A stretch of DNA of 64,000 nt from Girardia tigrina. Its lineage: Eukaryota. The notes under the pieces are model-generated. The model was not told the DNA's origin and ran no database searches. It saw only the letters and a list, made by a program, of their open reading frames with translations. Within the stretch, counting starts at the first letter, position 1; each line of letters starts with the position of its first letter. The position numbers were made by a program, and so were the translations under genes. Positions 25,307-37,626 of this stretch are shown here, one piece after another. Where the stretch lies: the NCBI GenBank assembly GCA_001938485.1, contig MQRK01195884.1:26949-90948 (forward strand), in the 5' to 3' direction.

Positions 25307-28300
25307 TGTTGAGGTAATTATTAAAAATAAATAATAAAAGTATTAAAAAATAGACCTTGTTTTAATTAATAAGATAAAATAAGATTTTATTTATCTTTTT
25401 ATCAAATTAAATATAATTTATATATAAATAATTTAATTAGAAATAATTGGAAAGGTAAATAATTAAGAATAAATTAAGAGATATTTATTATAAAGAAATA
25501 ATCCAATTATTTTAAAAGGTAAATAAAGAGAAATCAAATTAAAAAGATTAGTATAAAAATTCGAATAATAAAATGATAATAAACGGCCGGAGTAACTCCA
25601 ACGCTTTTGCTTCATCTCTTCCATTAAACAATTCGATTTTTTCGAACAATGTACCGAATCAAACGACTTTTGTACCGAATCAAATGGCTTTTCAATCGGC
25701 TTTATCGAATAATATTTCGAATTCATCACCGACTTTATCAAATTTTTCCAACTTTGCTAATGTTTCATCAAATAATCAATTTTCTGTCCCCCCCGGCGGG
25801 ACTGTATCTTTCGAAAACCACCAGACGGTAAACTCAATGGAGACTCAAGAGAGTAAAAATAAGCCGAAGCGGACTCCTGCTCTGGCAAGAACTTAAATCC
25901 AACTGACTCTACCTTATACCGGTCCAACTCTAATGATTTAAACAACTTTAATAATAATAATTTTATTCCTCCAATTAACAACTCTCTTATTGATAATTCT
26001 CTTAATACAAATAAAAACTTTGAATTTCTTCTAAAGGACGGTAGGAAAATCTGGAGAGTGGATTTCTCAAAAACAGTTTAATAGCTTCTGTCAGGAGAAT
26101 AAACTCTTTATTTTCCCGAATGTCTTCAGAGACTTCTGCCTTTTTCTTAATAAGAAAACTTCCATCTCTGATTTCTTTTCTCCTTCAATCTTGAAAGATT
26201 TCATTAAGAACAGATTTAAATGTATGATTAATAAGTTTAATAAGAAAGTCGTGTTCATTTCCCCTGGAAAATTCGAAAATGCACTCGATACGTTTTTTAA
26301 AAGGACTAAGAAAAATCTTCCTCGGGGTAAGTACTTTGAAATGTTTAAGGATTTCATTATTAACAAAGTGGACTTCCTTCCTGAGGAAATCTATTCTGAT
26401 AGGGTTCTGTCTTGCTTTCTGGATTCTCTCAATAAAACAAAAGCTAAAGGAAAAGTGAATATTAACTTTCAGGGCATTAATGAACCGTCTGGCAGAAAAT
26501 TTTCTGTCAATTTTAAAAGTTTCAAATCAAAACTGAAGGACTCTCCCTCCTTGCTAGCTCGAACACTTTGGTTGATCTACCACTTTTTGATACCTTTTGT
26601 CAGTTTCTTCAGAGCTCTCCAGCCTTTTTCTTCAACAGACCCTATGAAAACTCTCTTATTGTGTCGTTTTTAGATAGCCTTTCTCAAGAGAATGCGTCAT
26701 TTAATACATTTTATCTTGTTTTTCAACATTTATTAAAAGCGATAGTATATCAATGAAATGCTGTTTGTTTGGTGTAAAAAATAAGATCAATATCTTCAGA
26801 GAAAATTTTGTTCCTCTTAGACACAATATGTTTAAGTTTGCTATTATAGAATGAAATAAAGCTCTTCCTGTTGCACCAACTTTCATTTGTCCACTTCATC
26901 AATGTTTTGGTCCTTCTGCCCCTTCTTGTCATCCTTTTTGTTCTCTCTTCTCTCTGACTCCTTCATCTTTCTCCTTTCCCCACATTGACAACACTGTATT
27001 TTTATCTCGTATAAAAGATTGGGAAAGTAAATTTCCAAACTCTGTAGTCTCTTCCTCTTCCTTTTTATCCTCCGCTCATTCTGATCTCTTCTGGGTTTCG
27101 CTCCGCACTCTTGCTAACAAAAAGAATGAATTTCATCCTGCCCAACTTCTTGCACTGCAGAATGAGCTCTGTCCATCTGTTCCTTTGCCTCCTTATTCGA
27201 CCTCGGATTTCATTGCCAAAGCTCTCACCAATATTTTAGTTGACTCTAAAAATATTAGGGAACCACCACTTGATCCGAAGCTCGTGAGTATCTTCTTGAT
27301 GGTGAGGGACATATTTTCCCAAATTTCTTTTGATATAGCAGACATTTCTATAAAAACATTTATTTTTTATTACAATCAAATAAAAAGTGTTCATCCCATC
27401 ATCATAGCGGAGAAGATTATTCGTATTATTTTGGGACCCGTTGAGGCTGAAAATGCGATCAAGGTTCTCTATGGTGTTGATGTAAATGCACTTTCTTTTC
27501 CATTTACTCATCTAATTGAATTCCATTAACTACTGCTGCTATTATTGAGTCTCAAAAGGACATTAATATGAAACTGAGTGGTGAGAATGATGACGCTGAT
27601 TTATCAGGTGCTGAAGAACTTTTCGTGTCTAGAATCAACTTTCCTACAAAGAAAGTAGCCATCGGGGAAGCTGCTCATGTTTCTTCATCTATCTACATTT
27701 ACAAAACTCATGAGCGACCAATCACTGTTCAATCTCAAACACACGCCTCTTCTTGTAGTCGCTCTCGTTCCCCTGTTTGCTCTAGAACTCACTCTATCCC
27801 TTTCAGCTGTGAATCTAGCTCCCCTCCACTGCCCAATATAAGTCCTATTGTTCCTGTCTCTTTGATTTCATCTGCATCTCTAGTCAGCTTCTCTACACGC
27901 CTTCCACCACAACAGTCACAACCCTTTCTTGGTCCTGATGACAATCAAATGGACTGGGAAGGCTCTTTTTTAACTCTGGTCAAACACCTTCTGCATCTGA
28001 AGAAGACTCTGTTATTACTCCAACTCTTGCAAAAATTTCTCGTCCAGCTGATCTCAACTATATGTGTAAGCAACTTGGGGATAAGAAATATCTTGATAAA
28101 TTCATTGAGAGAATGCTGGAAAGAGTTAAACTGGCTGTAGCCAAGCATAATGATCAAATTCTGTCAACTATTATTCTGTACCTCATTAAAAAACTTAACA
28201 TATCTGAGGAAAATATTCGTAAAAATCGCAAATTCACTGCTCTTTGTAGATCTTTAGTTGTCGTAAAAATTCGGAGTTTGATCAATCCTGATCAATCTCG

Positions 28301-31300
28301 TTGACATTCTGTGTCTGAGACACTACCAGAATCTCTTGTCCGCAATATAACCAGTCTCCCTTCTCTTCCATCTGAGCTCTGGGATGTGCCCACATCTGGT
28401 AGTGATATTGACCTTTTTGCTAATCATTTTATTCATAATAATAAAATCCTTTACATTTCTCCTGAAATTGGTTCTGAAATCCCTCTTGGTGATCTTGATT
28501 CACCTACTATCAACATTACTCCCGAATCAATCACTAATAAAGATTACCTTTTGGTTCTAATTTGTATAGAATCATGTCACTGGATTGTCATTTTAAAAGA
28601 CTATGTCAGAGGTGCCTCCTTCTGGTTTGATCCTCTTGAACCCTTCTCTGAATTTGCCCATGTAGCAGAGGTCTGTTGTAAGTTAATTGTTAACAAAATA
28701 AACTCCTACAATTTTACAAAATGTCATATTGATAACAGATTTGTTTAGGTGAACTCATCGGACTGTGGACTCTGTCTGTCTTTTCCTTCTCTTATTTTCT
28801 TGCTTGTCCTTTTGTCTTGAGCTTTCCCCCTTTCTTCTCCGTCGTCTTCTATTTTCTCTCTCTTCAGACACTCATTCTGATAAACTTGGATATGGGAAGA
28901 CTCCTGCTACCAAGCTCCTTAACTATCTCTCTTTCGATCATTCTTATGTTGATGCATAATGTGTCAAGTACATCAACACTCCTTATACTTTTGTTTTTTC
29001 TGTTTGCCTAACCCGAGCAATTCTTTCGAAGAACAGAGACTATATTTTGATAAACTTCTCCCTTTGTGATATTGTTGGTCGTTCTGTTCTTCACTTTAAA
29101 AAAGAGTTTAAAAAAGACTTTAAAAAAGAGTTTACTGCATTTAGCGACTTTGTGTATCATAATTGTGTGCATCACTCTCAAATCTCTGTAGTGGATGCTG
29201 CTCCAAACTACACTTGATCATACAAAGGGATTGATAGTGGTCTACTCATTTGTGGATACATGAAGCACATTTTAACTAAGCATAGAAATAATATTATTAA
29301 CGTCCAATCTATCCGTCTCCATGCAAGAAGAATCATATTAAACACTAAAATTCAAAAACCTAAGAAACAACACATTAAAACTTCTACAATGCTCAGTGCT
29401 GCTCGTGTTGCACTAGCTGAAAAGATACTAACAAATTATGCTTCTTCTGACATGGAGATATTCTATAAAAATGTGTTAGATAATTGTTACTTAATTAGAA
29501 AAGTAAAACCAAGGACACTGTATTTGGGTAAACCTGAGAAGCTTAGAAAGATGAATGACTCAAAGCTGAAATCTATATTTTATTCTAATCCAAAAGCAGC
29601 AATGAAACATATTCTTCCATCTGCTCGGGTAGACTCTTATCCTCTCCAAAAGTTTTTACTGAATTTATTACTAATAATTGTAGAAATCAAATCAATCTTT
29701 GTAATATTAATTATAATCCTAACTATCATAAAAGGGGTCCGCACTTTGAATTTCATATCCCTACTCTTGAAGAGATTGTTGCGTGCCTTCAAAGCAAGTC
29801 TCAATCAGTTCCTGGAAGTAGTAGTATTATATACAAAGATTTATTATTTTGTGATCCAACAGGCATTCTTCTCCATCACCTCTTTAAAATGATACTTGAA
29901 AAATTTGAAACTTCTCAGTCTTGGAAGAATTACAACACTTTAATAATTCCTAAATCTGGCAAAGATGGAGAGTATCATCTGCCGTTGTCTTGGAGAGGAA
30001 TTGCTCTGCAGGAATGCATTTTTAAAATATTAACAACTCTCTTGTGTAACCAACTAATTGGCTGGATCAATCAGAATAAATTACTTCACCCACTATAGAA
30101 GAGTCTTGGCCCCTCTGATGGTTGTGCTGATCACATCTTTCTGATCCGGGCAATTATTGACTACTATAGAAAGTATATCAATAAACAGGTGGTAATTGCG
30201 TTCATGGATATGGCTGCAGCCTTTGATACAATTTCAATTAGTCATATCCAAGATCGCTTATTTTTAATGAGAGCGAACGGGAATGTTACTCGTTCGATTG
30301 GTGAATTTTATAAGAACTGCTCTACTATTGTCATATATGAGAATGAATCTACTGCTTCCATTAAAATCAATATTGGAGTCCGTCAGGGTTGCCCTTTATC
30401 TATGCTGCTATTTAATACTGGAATAAATCCAATCATTAATGAAGTTGAAGTTCGTAGATGTGGGGGGATTATGATTGGCTCCAGGTTAATCTCTTGTATG
30501 GCTTATGCTGATGATTTGGTCTTTTTCGCTGAATCACCTGATAAATTACAAAATGTTGTTGATATAGCCTCTAATGCAGTCAAAAGTATTGGTATGTCTT
30601 TTAGAGCCTCTAAGTGTGCCATTCTCGATATCCAATACAAAAAGAACACACACACATAACAATCGACCATGTAGACATACCAAATCTTGAAGTTGACGAG
30701 GGATATATGTACTTAGGATCATTTATAGGTCTCATTGTCACATACACACCTGAGAAACTATTCTCTGACATCCTCGCTGACTTAAACTATATTAACATGT
30801 CACTCCTCCTTCCTTGGCAAAAACTGCATGCATACATGTTATTTGAACACTCTAAATTTATCTTTAACTTTAGAAACTCATTCATTCCATTTAGCAAGTT
30901 AACAGAGTCTGTTACAGGATGGGATATCAACATTAAAAGACTTTTCATAGATGTACTAAGAGTACCCGACAACACATCAACACCCTACATCTATGTGTCT
31001 CGTTCCAATGGAGGAGCTGGAATGACTTCTGCCATAGATGAATATATAATCCAATCCATTAGTCACTCCTTTTACATGTTAAACTCCACTGACCCCAATA
31101 TTTCAGAAGCTGCCAATGCCACACTTAGACGCTCTTTACCGGACAGATCTATTGGTTTTGATGTTACACTAAGCTGGCTAAACACTTACAATAAAGAACG
31201 TAACTCATGGTGGAATAAAATACAACAGGCCATCCATGTATTCAAAGACACTCATGGAGTTTTAATTCGATTTCTATGTAGTTACCCTAGAGTAGTGATA

Positions 31301-33050
31301 TCAATCTCACAAAATGTTGGTGGCAAAGTGACTCTTGAGACTATTAATTCTAACAATAAAGATCAATTAACTAAAATCATAAGGAATTGTGTGTCGAACT
31401 CCTATTTGGATCAGTGGAATAAGCAGAATAGTGCTGGTTGATATTCAGTGGCTCTATCACAATCTGCCAACTCTACCTCACCAATATATAACGGTCGACT
31501 CACAATTGCTGAATGGCAATTTATTCATCAAGCACGCTTATACACTATTCCTGTTAAGTGCAGACCGGGTATAATCATTCGCATTCCCTGTTAACGAGGC
31601 TGCTCTAAAGATGAGACTCTTGCTCATGTGTTGGTGGGCTGTAATTTCTTGAGTAACTTCTGGAATGCACGACACAACGCTGTGCTTGATATCTTCACTA
31701 CTGAGATTAAAGCACACTAGGGTGGGTTAGTACATGTGAATGAAACCTGTCGGTATGTTCCTTCCACGAAGCGTGTTGATTTGCAAATCTTCTTTGAATC
31801 AAAAAATACTTAGTTCCTTCTTGACGTAAAATTTCCCTATGATTCCATGCACAATCTTGAGAATGCTGACCGAGAGAATGTGAAAAAATATTTCCCCTTA
31901 ATGTTGCAAATCAAAGATGTATGTGGTTACAAAGTCGTCCTTGACACAATCATTGTTGGTGCTCTTGGTGCATGGTGGACCCACAATGAGGACATCTTGA
32001 ATGACCTCAATTTATCATTTAGAAAAAAACTATAGCCAATGCCTGCGTTGAGTCCAACATTCGTTGGTCCTGCCGTCAATGGGAAGCCTTTCAGGACCCT
32101 CGAGAACAGAACACACACTCAGACATGAAGATGTGATGCACGATCCAAATGCCGGCTTCGAAGCCCTTCAAGAATGGCCCATTTTTGATGAGTGTGACTC
32201 TGACTCTGTGTTTGGAGAGGATCACGGGTTATGGTAGTTGTATGTTTAACATTCTGAGGATTCATATTAGTATTGGGATCAAGATTTTGAATGTTTGTGT
32301 TAGATACAATGACCCAACTTAAGAGTGTTCACTTGAGTTGAACTGCTATGTATGGCAGAGGTGAGAGCTTTTTATGTATGTTGGATCCCAAGTTCTATAA
32401 CTCAGTTTGTTTGGTATCACGATTGCGGTCTTCTGTGTTTCTGCTTTGAACATAGAAAAAGATGAACGCTTGCAATTGTGGGCCCACATGTGCTGGTCTG
32501 CTCTCATGCTCCGCAAAGTTCCAAAACATTTTCAAAAACATTTTGCAAAAAAAGAAGGTTTTAAGAAAAAGGCGAAGAATTATTGATAAGAGAAAGCCCT
32601 AAATTATATATTGAAAGGTTTGCAAGAAGTTAAAAATTCGAAAGGTCAAAAATTTAAAAGATAAATTCATTCAAACGTCTGTCTAGACTGAATTTAATTT
32701 ACATTGTTTAATTGAGCCATATATAAAAGCTCGAATTTCAAACTCAGAACTGATGGAAATTTTGATCATCGGAAAGCTTGAGCAATTGTATAAAGGTGCG
32801 AATAATATATCAATTATATATCTTAAAATAACTATATTCTCTATATTAAAATTTGTTCAGACAAAAGAATCTCTTCTCCCGTTCTATCCAAATTGTAAAT
32901 TATTAATATAGGATTAATTCATTTAAATACTTTCTTAAATTTGATAAATATTTGTACATTGTATATTATAAATAAAACATTAAAAAACAATAAAAATCTT
33001 ATTCTTTTTAATTTCTATTTTTAAATTTTTAATCACATTGATACCCCACA
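25307..33050 (+). mobile_element. TG...CA insertion with a 4-bp TSD (probable solo LTR) hosting the non-LTR element
   Basis: TSD TGTT at 25303-25306 and 33051-33054; ends tgttgaggta / taccccaca. TATA-like tatataaaag near 32720 and AATAAA motifs in the right part. Confidence 0.75.
25573..32553 (+). mobile_element. Decayed near-full-length RLE-type non-LTR retrotransposon (NeSL/R5-like): long N-terminal region, Ulp1-like protease, RT, CCHC finger, RLE
   Basis: Protease motifs HWIVIL..FDPL..(stop)VNSSDCG. RT motifs IPKSGK..SWRGIAL, FMDMAAAFD, GVRQGCPLS, AYADD, YMYLG, GGAGM. ETLAHVLVGC..ARHNAV, KRVDL..LLDVKFPYD. A-rich 3' end. Many stops and frameshifts; 5' boundary approximate. Confidence 0.88.
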
Positions 33051-33160
33051 TGTTCATCCAGTGACCTTGGAAGGAGAAGCTCGAACCAACAATCAGAGCA
33101 AAGGTTGGAATAATAAGCTATCAGAAATAATTGGTCACAAGCATCTTACACTTTACTACA
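33051..33160 (+). pseudogene. MULE transposase remnant, 3' continuation
   Basis: HPVTLEGEARTNNQSKGWNNKL...HKH. Rejoins WNV in frame once 25307-33050 and one TGTT copy are removed. Confidence 0.85.
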
Positions 33161-33479
33161 TTTCAAGCAGATTGTGTCACAGTTACTACGATTGGGTATT
33201 AAGATCTTTAAATTTAAATTTTTACTTTTTAAAACACAAATCTTTAATCTCTAATCTTTAATAGTTAATCTGACTCCAATTAATCTATAAGGGCTTCCAA
33301 TAAATAATGAACACAAATTCTTTTATGAAACTTTATTGTCAATAACACAAAATTAACAAGTAGAATAATAATAATAATTCAATTCTTTGATGACAGAAGA
33401 ATTGATGACACAAACACAAATCAATAATTCGTGCGAGTTAACAGATTACAGTGAAAACTATGAACATCCTCTCCCCTTG

Positions 33480-36400
33480 ACCCCATCTAGGTCAACTCAA
33501 CTCTCTTTCACAATCTTTTCTTCATACGATCCATCCTTTGCCTTCTCTTTCTTTCGTTCCTGGTAGATTCTTTCAACATCCTTCTCCACCGAATCATTAT
33601 TTTCATTTTTATTTTTTTTGTCTCCAATTCTCCCATTTTGCTCCCTTCTGATAAAGAAAGTTTGGTCCTTTGTACCATAGCTTTAAATTTTTCAAATCCT
33701 TTCTCATTAAATCCTCTCGATAATATATCCGCGGGATTCTCTTTCGTCGAGATATGCTTCCATTGAGACACATTAGTTCTTGACTGGATTACCCCAATCT
33801 TGTTTGACACAAACGTTTTGTAATGCTTTCCATGTTGAGTTATCCAATAAAGAACGTCTTGACCGTCGCTCCAAAAGTGAATCTCTTTCATTTCCACCTT
33901 CAATGCTCGCGATGTCATTATAGCTAATTTCGTTCCCAAACAAGCTGCAATTAATTCTAACCTTGAGATGGAAATCACTTTCACAGGAGTCACTTTCGCT
34001 CTGGCTATTACAAAATTTACTCTCTCATCCTTCTCTCTTTCTTCTCTAGCAAACACGACCGCCCCATAAGCATCTTTGGAGGCGTTGACGAACACATGTA
34101 TCTCCTTTTCGCTTTCGTTTTCTTTAAATAGCACTCTTTCACATTCAATTTCTTTCAACCTTTTAGCGTTTATCAACCATTTCTCGATTTTACAACATAT
34201 TTTCTTTGGTAATCCTTCATCCCATTTCAGATCAAGCACCTATATCTCTTGAAGAATCACCTTTCCTATGATTGTAAAGGCAGAAAATAATCCTAACGGA
34301 TCGAAAATCTTTGCAATCACACTTAAAAGCTTTCTTTTGGTCGATATGTCTTCTGAATGCACTTTCATCTCAATTCCAAACGTGTCTCGAGCAGCATTCC
34401 AGGATACTCCTAAAGTCTTCGTCATCCGAGAATCCTTGTTTTCCAATTCAAGATTTTTCGAACTATGTTCAGATGGGATCGTTCTCAGAATTTCCACGTT
34501 GTTGGTTAGCCATTTATTAGTTTTTCATCCCGGCTACACCCCAAATTTCTTTTATTTCTTCCATTCTCTTTAAGCCTTCTTCCGTTGAACCCACTGAAAT
34601 TAAGGTATCATCCATATAAGTTCCCCGAATCAACATTTCCGCTACCTCTGGATATTTATCCTTAAATCGCTATGCATTAACTCTGGTCACTAATTGAGCA
34701 ACAAAAGGAGACACGTTCAAACCAAAGATTAATCTTTCGAATTCATAATATCGCTTCTCTTCGTCCACATAACATTCAAATCTTAAAAGTTTTCGATTTT
34801 CAGGATCCACTCGAATTTGCAAGTACATCTCTTGAATGTCACAAGCAATCGCAATTTTTCCTTTCCTGAATCGTAACAAAATCTCGATCAAATCGTTCTG
34901 CAGCTTTGGTCCTGAAATAATTTTGTCATTAAGACAAATTACATTGCTCTTTGCAGCGGCGTCGAAAACAATTCGAATTTTGGTTGACTCTTTCTCCCTC
35001 TTTACGATAGGAAAATATGGAAGCCACCATTTCGTTTCATTAATGTCAGGCTCATATATCCTCCGAGTATATCTCTTTCTCTCGTAGTCCAAAATGATAT
35101 TTTAATATTCCATTTTCAATGTCAAATCTTTGTCAAATCTCTTTCTCAAACTTTCATTTCTTCTTCGAGACATTTTCTTGCTCTCGAGTAAATTGATAGT
35201 CTCCTCAACAAAGGGTAAATTAACCTCGTAACGTTCTCCATCATAATAAATGTTTTCTTTAAATGTTTCTAAGATCTCATTCTCCTCTCTGGTGTTTTCA
35301 GTAGAATCATTAATATCTTCAACTTCCAAGAATCTCGATAATAAATTTTTCAAAACCATTTCTTCCGAGCACAGAGTCTGAATCATTTGAGTTTGGATTA
35401 AATTCCATCTTGTTGTCGGTACTCGTCCAACGCAAGTCCATCCCAATGGAGTCAATCTTGCGATTGGATCATTTTCTTTTCCTTGAATCTCTCTGATCAC
35501 TCGATGTAACTGGAGATTGTCTGCTCCGATCAATACATCAACTCCTGCTTTCTTGTCGATCTTGGGGAACTCTATCTCCTGCAGGTGATCCCAATTTTTC
35601 GAAAGCATTCTCCAGTTACATAACTCATTCCTACTCAAAATTCGATCAATGGCATAGGCATGGAATTGTTGGACAGTCTCTTTTGAAATACTCTGCAATT
35701 CAATCTGGATTGGTTTCACCTTCGATTGCCTCTGAACTCCTCCAATCGTAGCTACTGGAATTGATCTCTGTCTTCCTCGAATCCCAAGTTCCAAGCACAC
35801 TGATTTACTAATATAACTCACCGTACTGGCGTCATCGAGTAAGGCATTTACCTTTAACTCTTTTCCGTTGTGTTTCAGTATAACTGGAACCGTCCTCAAG
35901 GCAATATACGTTCGATTATTTACTGAGCGCTCCGTTCTCGTCATCAGTGTATTTTCCCGATTTTCTCCATCCTTCTGAGTCTTTGAGTTGCTGAAATCCA
36001 TGTGTAACAGCCAATGATGTTTTCCTTAGCATCCATCTTTTTTTACAGAAACCTTGCTTTAAACAGTTTCTCAAGGTATACCCTTACCGTAAACAGTTAA
36101 AACAAACTCATTTCTCCATTAGAACCTCTTTTCTCTAATTCAAATTTAGATTTAAGAACTTCTTACATTTCTCAAGAAAATGTTCCTCTTCACACAGGAA
36201 ACAACTTATCTTTCGAGCATTATTAACACCTTCAAATATTTGATCTTCGTGTTCAGTTAATAAAGTCGTCTTTTGTTTTGGTCTTTTTGTCGCATCCGTT
36301 CCATTTAATCGCTCATCGGTCTTTCTTTTCAGTTCGGTCTCGATTTTCAACAATTATAAAAATCTTTCTATTATGGGAAAGCTATCTCCTTTTTCTTTTA

Positions 36401-37540
36401 ACTGCTCTCTTTCCCACATCAGTAATAAATTATCCGAGACGCTTTTTAGCAATTCATTATAGAAAAACCCATTCTCCAAATCGTGACATCGATTTTGATT
36501 CTTCAATTTGAGTACGATTTCCTAGATCAATCTAACATATTCGTCTAATTCTTTGATTTCATCAGTCTTGATCGGCTTGAATCTCCAAACTTCCTCCATC
36601 AGAGTCTGAAACATCCTGTCCTCCCCCGTATCTCTCTTCCAGTCGTCTCAAGGCAGTCTGGAGGGCATGAGAACCGAAACCCATGTTCTCGATAAGTTTC
36701 AGAGGTTCACCCACTAGAGATTGCTTCAAATATAATAATTTCTCCTCGTCTGAAGCGTCCGTATCAACGACCGTTACTCGGAACGTCATTCTCCGAATCT
36801 CGAATTCCTTTCATCCTTTTCTCCAAACGTCGGCACCTTGAGTGGGCTGAACATCCTCAACTTTTTCTTTGTCTTCACTTCGGATATGATATTTGGAGAA
36901 GAAGTTCGGATACTCATTGACGTGTCTTCTTCGATCAGATCTCCATACTTCTCATAATTTTCCCCGATTGTCCTCAATTCTTTCTTCATCTCATCGACTT
37001 CTTCTTTTAATTCGTTCTTTTCTCCAATATCGATCAAATTTTCAAAATATTGTTTCTTCATACTTTTCTTCGTAATGGTCACCCTTTGATTTTACCGACG
37101 ACCTTTCTTTAATTTCCTCAAGAGCCGAATTTCGCGGCCTTGTTAATCTCATTTTTTTCGTCCTTTTCTTTTTCAATTCTTCTTTGAATTCAAATTTTGA
37201 ATTCTCCTCGTCCATTCCTCCTTTCAGACGGAGAAGAAGCTCAATCGTTGCATCCTTCTGAATTCCATGATCTCGTAACGTATTTTCTTCATTCATCGTC
37301 TTCCCACTGTAGATCAATCTCTGGAATCGTTGCGGAATTCCTTCTCTGTCGAAGATCATATCTTTCAAATTTTTGACTGTATCATTTGAATCGACCTGAA
37401 TTAAAATTGTTTTCCCTGATAGTAATTTTAAAAATATTTGAGATAAATTCGATTCAACTTTACTATCTCGAAAATTATTATCTCAGGCCCTTATCTTGTC
37501 TTTAACATTAAACTCATTCTCATATTGGAGCAAAAAGAAA
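33480..37540 (-). mobile_element. BEL/Pao LTR retrotransposon fragment (Ubl-gag, protease, RT, RNase H; integrase and LTRs not seen)
   Basis: Gag DUF1759-like KLLYLKQSLVGEP..LEERYG, three zinc knuckles ending HHWLLH, ALLDDAS protease, KIRIVFDAAAK/GPKLQ/YMDD RT, FDPLG, and HVFVNAS..AYG..RLEL..NPADILSRG RNase H. Confidence 0.92.
37216..37443 (-). other. Ubiquitin/NEDD8-like domain fused to BEL Gag
   Basis: SQIFLKLLSGKTILIQVDSNDTVKNLKDMIFDREGIPQRFQRLIYSGKTMNEENTLRDHGIQKDATIELLLRLKGG: 76 aa, ungapped against ubiquitin, 39/76 identical by hand count. Confidence 0.9.
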
Positions 37541-37626
37541 GGAGGGAGATCTCGAAATTCAAAATTTATATTTAATGTATATATAATATATTCAATTTTT
37601 GTATAAATAAATATATTATTACTTAC

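Noticed and set aside
37216-37443. Host ubiquitin or NEDD8 gene or processed pseudogene
   Set aside because: Too divergent for host ubiquitin, no Met1, no polyA or TSD, and in frame with Gag-like sequence.
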